64,000 nt of DNA from Eledone cirrhosa. Taxonomy: Eukaryota. Shown piece by piece: positions 53,957 through 64,000 of the stretch. The notes beneath the pieces are model-generated. The model was given only the letters and a program-made list of their open reading frames with translations. It did no database searches and was not told where the DNA came from. Where the stretch lies: the NCBI GenBank assembly GCA_964016885.1, contig OZ024753.1, positions 7,626,001 to 7,690,000 of the forward strand, read 5' to 3'. Numbering within the stretch: position 1 is the stretch's first letter; the number at the start of each line of letters is the position of its first letter. The translations under genes were made by a program, and so were the position numbers.

Positions 53957-54098
53957 AGATTAAACGGGCTGTGTAGTTGCTGGATAAGGTGTACTTATAA
54001 AAGGAAGAAATCAAGAACGAACGTATTGTCTTTAATGCTTTGAAATGCCCAAGACTCCCAGCAGACAACTGATGAAGGAAAATTTTCTCCCGTTCTTC

Positions 54099-54159
<61 letters not shown>

Positions 54160-54487
54160 ATTACATAAACGGAGAAAGCTATTAGCGATACTCCGACCAA
54201 TTTCCAACTCACTCAATAAACATTAGGAAATACCGGAGTATATTCCCAATTAAACGTTTGGGGTGCTAACTATATTGTGTCGTGTGGATAAGTGGCTGTA
54301 TTATTTTATATGAGATATTTTATTTTAAATAACTCATTATGGCTTTATATATATATATATATATATTCTCAGATGTGAGAAAAACCACAGACCCTCCATC
54401 TCAACTCTACTTTTGAAAAGCAGATGAAGTGCGAAACCGGTAAAGGAACCAAATAAATATTATTGCATTTTCGATTTCAGCTTTTTT

Positions 54488-54521
<34 letters not shown>

Positions 54522-54619
54522 GATGAAGATGTATATGTATACATGCATGTGTGACGAGTATATATGGATGCATATACATTACATACAAGAAAAAGAGAAA
54601 GAGAGAGAGAGAGAGAGAG

Positions 54620-54658
<39 letters not shown>

Positions 54659-55103
54659 CAAACGAGGAATCGGTAAGAGATAAAGTAGTGTATATATATT
54701 TTTTTTTTAAACATCATAAACACACATAAAATACAAAGGATGGGACAAGCACAGCAACGACAACATCAGGCACCACTACAACAACTATAACCTCAACAAC
54801 AATTAAAAACGCCATAACAATACAAATAGAGAAAAAATAAAAATAAAAAAACAATTTTTTTCGTCCTTAGTAATTAATTAATTTTCCGTTTATTCTGCAA
54901 TTTAATTTTTTTTATTTTTATTATTTATTTTGTAATATTTTTTATTTGTTAATTTTTATCTCATTTCGTCTTTATTCATTAACGAGTTCCTCTCTCTCTC
55001 ACACACTCTGTAACTTTCTCCGTATGTCTCTCTGTCTCTCACTATAACTTTCTCTCAATCTCTATCTCTCCCTCACACACACACACACTATATCTTACAC
55101 ACA

Positions 55104-55138
<35 letters not shown>

Positions 55139-55165
55139 ACACACACACACTATATCTTACACACA

Positions 55166-55206
<41 letters not shown>

Positions 55207-55430
55207 ACACACACACACTATATCTTACACACACACACTATACCTTACTCAAACACACATCTTTCTCTCTCTCACACACACACATACATACTATATATAT
55301 AAATCTCACATACACACTCTATAACTTACACACATTATATGTCTCACACACACACACATACACACTATCTTTCTCACATGCACACACACTATATTTCTCA
55401 AAGATTATATATCTCTCTCACACACATGCA

Positions 55431-55469
<39 letters not shown>

Positions 55470-56042
55470 TACATCTTTCACTCTCATATACACCGTCTTT
55501 CTCACTTCCTCTATATCAGCCTGGCTCTCTTTCTCTCTCTCATTCTACCACCATCAACATCTATCTATCTATCTATCTATTTATCTATCTATCTACCTCA
55601 CTATATCTTTTACTCTCACTTATATACCGTCTTTCTCACTCCCTCTGTGTCGGCCTGGCTCTCTTTCGCTCGTTCTCTCTCTATCTTTCTCTCACTCTAC
55701 CACCATCAACCCCCTCCTCCCCTTCTCTCCCCCCTCTCCCCCTCTCCGGTTCATTTGCAGTAGCAGTTGACTTAGTAAATTAGTCAAGGTTGACAAGCTA
55801 GATCTAATTGAAACTATCAGAATTGTTCCAATTATAGCTAAAAACCTCAGTATTCGTCTCTCTTCTTTATTTCCCCTTCGACACCCCTCCTCTTCCGTTC
55901 CGGACACGTTTCAATCTAAACACTGAATTAAACGCAATCACATACTTCCCCCGTCTCCTTACTAGTGAGATGAGAAACGTCCAACTGACGAACGAGGTAT
56001 CATGTGGTCGCTTCTCCTGCGAGAAATATCAACAGAATCTCA

Positions 56043-56160
56043 AGTTACGGTCATATCACGCTGAAAACACCGGTTCTCGTCCGATCACCGAAGTTAAGCA
56101 AAGTCGAGCCTAGTTAGTACTTAGATGGCTGACTGCTTGGGAGACCTAGGGGCTGTAATC
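56043..56160 (+). pseudogene. 5S rRNA pseudogene or variant
   Basis: TTACGGTCATATCACGCTGAAAACACCGGTTCTCGTCCGATCACCGAAGTTAAGCA...TTAGTACTTAGATGG...CTGTAA matches mollusc-type 5S; substitutions in the box C region, no T4 terminator, not in a tandem array. Confidence 0.92.
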
Positions 56161-56370
56161 ATTTCCTTTCAAGGGCGGTGGCCCAGTAGGGCCTCAGGCG
56201 GATGGCTGCAACAGACAAAAGAGTAAAAGAGCAAAGCTGCATTCGATAATCTTAGAAAGATTGTCTCTAAGACGGGATGGTTATAGCTGGAACACCTTTT
56301 ATTATATGTCTATTTGATTAAAACTAATCTGGAGCTATAAAAAAAATAATCACACCTAGAAATAAGATTG

Positions 56371-56416
<46 letters not shown>

Positions 56417-56680
56417 CGGTTATTTTAAAATTTGAATGAATAAATATTCGCGATTTGTGCATTAGTGGCGAATTAACAGAGCCGTCGGAACGTCGGATAC
56501 AATGCTTTGCAGTATTTATATATATATATATATATATTGTTATGCTTTGGGAGGGTCATGTTGCCAATAAGAAACACACGCACCAGTTGATTTCACTTCA
56601 ATTTATTATAAATTAAATTTATAAATTTATAAATTTCCGGTTGGCTGGCTGGTTCCACAACCAGACGATTGTTCATATAT

Positions 56681-56727
56681 TGTCAAAGTTCTTTCGTCAC
56701 ACATTATGTGACCTCTTCAGCATAACA
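56681..56727 (-). ncRNA. Hammerhead-like motif
   Basis: Minus: TGTTATG-CTGAAGA-gGTCACA(taatg)TGTGAC-GAAA-G(aa)C-TT-TGACA; decayed relative at 11701-11742. Confidence 0.55.
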
Positions 56728-56785
56728 GTATCGGTTTCAGCACGCGTTTTCAGATAAAGAATCTTGCTAAACAAATTCAGAAACG

Positions 56786-56825
<40 letters not shown>

Positions 56826-57208
56826 CGATCTACACATGAAACGACATTCTATTCCAGAGAAATAGAGAGAGAGAAAAGAAAATACCAGTCTAGAGCCACA
56901 GAGTGACGGAATTGTTGGAGCGACGGACAAGATGTCTTGCAACATTTATTCCACCATTTTCCCTTCTAAATTCAAATCTACCATTGGCTTACATGGGTTG
57001 TAGTCTTAAACCGTCACCCGTTTTTATACCATCACCTGACCCTTGGGTTTCTAGAGCTGAGTCCACTCGTTTGCAAACATTAGTGCCGGCTCTCCGATTG
57101 AAGGATACTTTTTACCTCACTCCCACCAGTCCCGGAAACAATGAAAAGGGTCATGGGTATACCCTTCTTTCTCTGGAAAAAAACAGTGAAGAAAGACCTA
57201 ATACCCAG

Positions 57209-57368
57209 TAATAATTGTTTTACTTTTGGCACAAGGCCAGCAATTACCTAGTGCATTACTGGTACTTTATTTTATCGAGCCCGTAAGGATGAAAGGCAAA
57301 GTTAACCTCGGCGGGATTTGAACTCAGAATGGCAAGGGGCGTAACTCTATGCGGCAAAGCATGGCGTC
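57209..57368 (-). mobile_element. tRNA-derived SINE, 5'-truncated
   Basis: Reverse complement of the 28340 type. Confidence 0.88.
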
Positions 57369-59073
57369 ATGAGTGAGATATAGAGGCAGCTAAATGGCAG
57401 TGTCGTTAGAACGTCTGATAGAGTCCTTTGCTGTAAATACCGATCAAGTGTTGGAGTTTATTTCATTGACTTTCCATTCCCACAAAAAAATGTGTGATCA
57501 TGTAGTGATATTAGAAATCCTTAAGGGAAGACAACAGTATTGGTAAAATGGTTTGTTGCGTTGTTTCTTTTTTTTGTGTGTGTGTGTGTGTGGAGGGGGG
57601 GGGGGTTGTATTTTCTTTTCAAATCCTATCGAAATAGATAGGACTCAATATGAACTGTCGTTGATTAAATTGAAGTCAAATTTGAGGTAGAGGAGTAGTC
57701 GATTGCTTCCTGCGATTCACATGAATTCTATTGATCCTGATGGGAGTGGGTAAACGACAAAAATAGACATTGGCCATCAGCACGATATTTAAACAGGACG
57801 TAAGGCGATGTAACTCAATACTTCAAGACCTTTCTAACGATTCTGCTACTCTACTGTTTTTGTGTATGAAGGAAATATAAATACAAACAATATATATACA
57901 TTTTATTTTAGCAATGATATCAGTTATTGAATGAGAAAGAACGAAGCCAAGAATATATATATACGAAGAAAATATAATGAAGCTATATTCCGAGATAATA
58001 TAAAAAATAATAATATAACAAAGAACATAAAGCATTGATTCTATTCCAGCACAAATGTTTGCTCATTCCATTTCGTCCTTATCTCGTTATTTTTCTCCAT
58101 CGGTTCTGTGGAATAGCATGTCATGAATTAAACCGAGAGAAAGTTTCATTTTACGATCATGATTGAGCAAAATAGAATTCGACGTCGGAAGATCGCATAT
58201 CTAAACAAAATGGCGTTCCTAAATGGAGATATGACAGACGATCTTAATGGTTGACACGGAAAATGGCGTAGAGACCTGAATAGTCATTACACATTCTCGT
58301 CTGTTTTTACTAGTGCTATTTGCTCTTTGCTTTTGTTCTTTTTATTGCTACTGCTGTTGCTATTTCCATTGTACTTTCATGGAACAAAATAGTTGAAAGC
58401 ATATTGATAAATCACAGAATAAAAGAGAAAAGTATCCTCTTTCTTTCTCTCTCTCTCTGACTCTCTCTTACGTAATTACTTTCTTAAATCTCTTACCATT
58501 TAATCTACCCTGCAGTACGGAATAGATATATTCTTTGCAGTAAATAAAATGAATAGCTAGTGAAAAGAGCTGTACGAGAATACAGTTATAAATATCACCG
58601 CTCACTAAAAACTTGTTACTACATGTTACATATAATCTAACTAACGATACCTTTGTCTCTATCTTGTCCATTTTAGATTACGTTCTTTTAAACTCTAAAT
58701 CCCACAGATGCTGATTTAGCATTTATTGGCCATTTAGTCATTATAAATATTGATTACCTACATTGGCACGAGGTCACCAATTCCAGAAAACGAATAAAGT
58801 CGATTGAAATAATATAGATTGGCTAAAATCGATCAAATCGATCTCAGGTCTGATACATTATCGACTCTGTGGTAATAAAAAGAAAACATTGACCCCGAGC
58901 AGAATTTGAACTCAGATCATAGGGGAAGTAAAATAGAAATACAGCCAGTCATGTTGTCTGAATTGATAGGAAAAGGTATTAAATTCCAGCATCGGTACAA
59001 ACACGGGTGAATAGTATAGTCGCTGAGAAAGAACTCGAATGTGTGTGTGTGTGGGGGTGGGGGTGTATGTGTG

Positions 59074-59104
<31 letters not shown>

Positions 59105-59107
59105 CGG

Positions 59108-59219
59108 GACACGTAACTCCTCCTGGGGTAGTAGGGGTGCCGTACCTTGGGCATTTTAAACTTAACAGAGCATATCACTTTCCAGGTCTGAACACAGGCG
59201 ATTCCTTCGATAAAGAGAT

Positions 59220-59255
<36 letters not shown>

Positions 59256-59455
59256 GGACAGAGAAAGATATATATATATATAGAGAGAGAGAGAGCGAGG
59301 AAGAATCGACCCCTGTTCTGGGCTGGTAACATTTTTATCGTCTTCAAAAAGATGAAAGACAAAGTTGACTTCGGCGGGATTTGAGCTGAGAGTACACAGG
59401 TCCGAACGAGTGCCTCAAAGCATTCTATCCGGCGTTCAAACGATTCTACCAATTA
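59108..59455 (-). mobile_element. Long-tail SINE, near full length
   Basis: Head at 59455-59380, core, expanded (CT)n and long tail, as in 2258-2636. Confidence 0.72.
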
Positions 59456-60127
59456 TCTACGATGCCTCTATAGGGAAAAGTCGATCTCAGTGAGAGTTCA
59501 AATAAGAATATAACGGTTTGGAAATAAATATGGCAAGACATTTTGTGCGATGCTTTAGCAATTCTTCCAATCTAGCGCCTTCTTCAAATAGACAATATTG
59601 ATTTCCATTATTGATAGAAAGCAACAGATTTTTAGAGCAACAGTATAGTCAATCGTATCGACCCCTTTACACGAAAGGTACTTATTTTATCGATACCCGA
59701 AGTATATTTACTTCAGAAATGTTTTAAACAATGAAATTATAGAAGAATGTAACTAAATGATGTATAAACAAACGTTGTGGGTGAAGCTAGAATTTTTGAA
59801 TTTTCGAAGTGCCGAGGAAATAAATGTATAAGATGATGTAGAAAGGTCAGATGTAGAAAATAACTCCAACTATAGCCAGTTGTTATAAAATAGCTTATAA
59901 AAATTAAGTAAAACCCCTAGAGATGGTTAAACGTTGTGAGCGACTGCAGCCAATATTTTGTCGTCTCTAGGGGTCTTTAGCCAATTTTTACAAGTTATCT
60001 TACAGGAATTCACTGTAATTGTAGTTATTTTCTGCATCTGAGCGTCCTATATGTTCTTATAAATGTTGTAAGTTTGTTATCTTATCTCTTCTGTTAGTCC
60101 TTCGCCTTGTTTAGAATATTATATATA

Positions 60128-60545
60128 CTAGCAGAAAATCCACTCGTCGGGGGGTTTTCAGCTAGCATGTGTAGTGTGTATATTGATACTATACCTGCGT
60201 ATAATATCAATATACACACTGTGTTACACTGTCTTATTTAATCAGTAACGTAATCCATGATACATTAAAAAAGACGATATAAACTGCATTAGGAGAAAAT
60301 TTGTGACGGAAAATTAGTATGTTTATTTAAGCGATCGCCACCGGAAGTGTTGACATTTCAGAAATTTTAAAGAAGTGAATCTTTAAATAAACAAAATATA
60401 TTTAATGAACAGCCACGAAATTTAGTAGATAAGTTATGTAATATTCATTAATTATTTATTCAAAGAAATCCAACTTATTTTACAAACGGGATAAAAAAGA
60501 TAAACCGTACGCAATCCCTCAGACCTTCCTTTATTAAAGTTTAGA
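60128..60545 (-). mobile_element. Non-autonomous Helitron-like element
   Basis: Minus strand reads A|TCTAAACTTTAATAAAG...subterminal hairpin GAAAACCCC/GGATTTTC...CTAG|T; no target-site duplication. Confidence 0.55.
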
Positions 60546-60642
60546 TATATATGTGTGTGTGTTTGAAAAAAGGAAAAGAATGACTTCATTTGTAATTCTA
60601 AGCAATTTGATTTAATTTCATAATATTATATATATATATATA

Positions 60643-60700
60643 CTAGACCACCCGTGACCCGTTGGGTCACGTTCTCTTCAAAATATTTTTTTTACATCAT
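60643..60700 (-). mobile_element. Helitron-like 3' end
   Basis: Minus: hairpin CGTGACCC(aac)GGGTCACG, 6 nt, then CTAG|T. Confidence 0.6.
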
Positions 60701-60791
60701 GTTCACTTTAAAATAATTTTTTAATAATTAAAACACACAGACATATATATAATGTGAAATGAAATTGGAAGGCCCATATATATACGTGTGC

Positions 60792-60849
<58 letters not shown>

Positions 60850-60976
60850 ATATATAAATGTGCGTGTGTGTGTATACATATATATATATATGTATGTGTG
60901 TGTGTATATATATGTGGTGTCTGATCTATATACACTGGTCATAGACACATACACTCATAGACACATACACTCACAC

Positions 60977-61050
<74 letters not shown>

Positions 61051-61053
<3 letters not shown>

Positions 61054-61220
61054 GTGGCTGCCAACTCGTTTTCGAGTACGGCCACTATTTTATATCCATG
61101 TAGGAGAACCCCTACCGATGCGCTGAACGAGTGTGACTTTTTAGTCCAGCCGGCAACTTGAAAACTCTGGTACAAACACTACACTTGTGACAATTATTGA
61201 CACATAGTGCTGGGCCCATG
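61051..61220 (-). mobile_element. RTE-tailed short retroelement, shortest copy
   Basis: Encodes [25 protein letters not shown] on the minus strand; breaks at GGGCCCATG, which is then repeated three times. Confidence 0.78.
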
Positions 61221-61329
61221 TATGTATATATATATATATATACATGTATGGGCCCATGTATATATATATATATACATGTATGGGCCCATGTATGTATATA
61301 TATATACATGCATACACAACACCACCACC

Positions 61330-61384
<55 letters not shown>

Positions 61385-61667
61385 CTCTTCCATTCTCCTT
61401 CTCTGCCTCCTCTCCCTCTCCATGTCTCTCTTTCAATCTACTCTCTCACAACCACTATCTCTTTCTCTCTATCCTTCTCCCCATCTGTTTATGAAGGTAC
61501 TCGGAAAAACCCCGTATCTCGGGATCTCGTGTTTCTATTTACGCGAAACTTGTTTTATTCCATTTGTATTCCCATTTCAGGGTCAACTTCCTTTCAAAGT
61601 ATTTTCCCATTATGCGCCCTTTTGGCTGTATTACATTACATACAAGCAAACAAGCAATCACAGTTTT

Positions 61668-61714
<47 letters not shown>

Positions 61715-61889
61715 AACAGACGTTAGAATGTCGGGTAGAATGCTTTGCAGTATTTGTTTCGGTTCTCTAAGTTCAAATCCTGCCGAAGTCAGATTTGCCT
61801 CTCATCCAATCAAGGGCGATAAAGAAAAGCACCAGCCTAATGCTGGGGTTGATTACCATACTCTGAACGCCTTGCTTACCCCTGGGCAA

Positions 61890-62164
61890 GGATACATTGA
61901 AGCTCCTACTTCTGGTAACTGACTTGGTAAACACCCTCAAAATTATTAACTATATTGCCAACAACAACAACCCCTAGCAAATTTTTTATTTCCATGAGTC
62001 TAACACACATGGGCATGCCCACAAAGTCAGAAAACAGCACAGGTCCCATGACTTTCAGAGTTGCTGAAGCATAGAACAAACTACCTGCATCAGTTGTTAA
62101 GTGCCGAGACACTGCATCCTTTGAAACCTCCATGCTTCCTGAAATTCGCCAACACTACGCCTGA
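61890..62164 (+). mobile_element. CR1-clade LINE ORF2 C-terminal fragment (inactive)
   Basis: DLVNTLKIIN...FYFHESNTHGHAHKVRKQH...RVAEA*NKLPASVVKCRDTASFE matches the CR1 TRGH..K...RV...WN.LP..VV motif. Confidence 0.78.
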
Positions 62165-62399
62165 TATCCCCCTCCATACACACGCACACATTGTTCACTT
62201 TCCTGACATTTGTACATTATTCTTTTGCCTTTCATCCTTACCTGGTTGATAAAATAAAGTACCAGTAATGCACTCGGTATTTGTTGGCCTTGTGACAAAA
62301 GTAGAAACAATTATTTTATGTACTATACAGGCACATTTGATGAGTTGTAGTACGCCTGAGCACTGTACACGATAATTTCATTACATTATATGATATTAG

Positions 62400-62590
62400 G
62401 GCGGTAGATTGGCAGTATCAGTAGAGGGTCGGACGCCATGCTTTCCAGCATAGTTACGTCCCTTTACGATCTGAGTTCAAATTCCGCCGAGGTTGACTTT
62501 GCCTTTCATCCTTACGGGGGTCGATAAAATAAAGTACCAGTAATGCACTGGGTAATTGCTGGCCTTGTGCCTAAAGTAGAAACAATTATA
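62400..62590 (+). mobile_element. tRNA-derived SINE, full length (fragments also at 61718-61855 and 62222-62315)
   Basis: Near-identical to 2048-2236. Confidence 0.93.
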
Positions 62591-62917
62591 TTATATTATC
62601 CCTTTCTCACTTGACTTCCTTGCGACCGAGAACTTCACACCCTAACCCAGTGTTTCATTCACAACTGGTGTTCCTCGGAACGCTAGGTTGAGAATGGTTG
62701 CCCTAACCACTAAGCTACGCTCGTTTATACAGATACAGAGAGATACGATACATGGTTGGTCCAATGACAATTCTTGCTATGGAGCCAACATTTATTACGT
62801 TAGTATATTATTTGTAATATTAATATATGCAAACAGGCATTGCAGCAGAGTTATCAAAGCCTTTATCTCCCACGCACTCTTTTCTTATATGAATGGCGGA
62901 ATTTTACGACGAAAACC

Positions 62918-63815
<898 letters not shown>

Positions 63816-64000
63816 ATAAACCTAATATATTATCTGCAACAAAGCTAAAATATTTGTTATTATTGATTCAACATGTCGGACAGTCATAATTGATGTTGCT
63901 ATTGTTGTTGTTAGCTACAAATTGTTACAGGATATGAGATGTATATACTAGTAAATCCCATATAAATATAGACACACGTGTGATGTATGGATGTCGGCTT

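Noticed and set aside
58180-58270. Two AAAATGGCG (YY1-like) motifs; ETS/NRF1-like motifs also at 16705-16830
   Set aside because: Suggestive of a promoter but no downstream exon can be supported.
62660-62722. SINE head remnant joined to a hAT-like TIR
   Set aside because: Too short, and no partner end or target-site duplication was found.

Overview
Repeat-saturated, AT-rich, non-coding animal DNA. An octopod cephalopod is likely, inferred from the SINE style, the mollusc-type 5S copy and the extreme (TA)n/(CA)n/(GA)n load. No intact protein-coding gene can be supported. Nearly all long ORFs in the track are translations of microsatellites or minisatellites. Recognisable content: about 20 copies or fragments of a tRNA-derived SINE with interchangeable 3' tails; a CORE-type SINE, two copies of which carry internal 101-bp arrays; decayed LINE fragments (RTE, CR1, CRE-type restriction-like endonuclease); an RTE-tailed short element; a Tc1/mariner MITE; Helitron-like ends; several minisatellites; and a 5S rRNA pseudogene fused to a SINE tail. 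The strongest hidden signal is a set of short non-coding elements sitting in (TA)n tracts, many of them long near-perfect fold-back palindromes, that carry minimal type I hammerhead ribozymes. There are about ten complete or near-complete cores plus several truncated ones, in several unrelated sequence families, with compensatory base changes between copies, a recurrent U-U variant at the base of stem II, and a shared downstream stem-loop. They resemble non-autonomous Penelope-like pseudo-LTR or retrozyme elements. All structures and alignments were read by eye and need computational confirmation.
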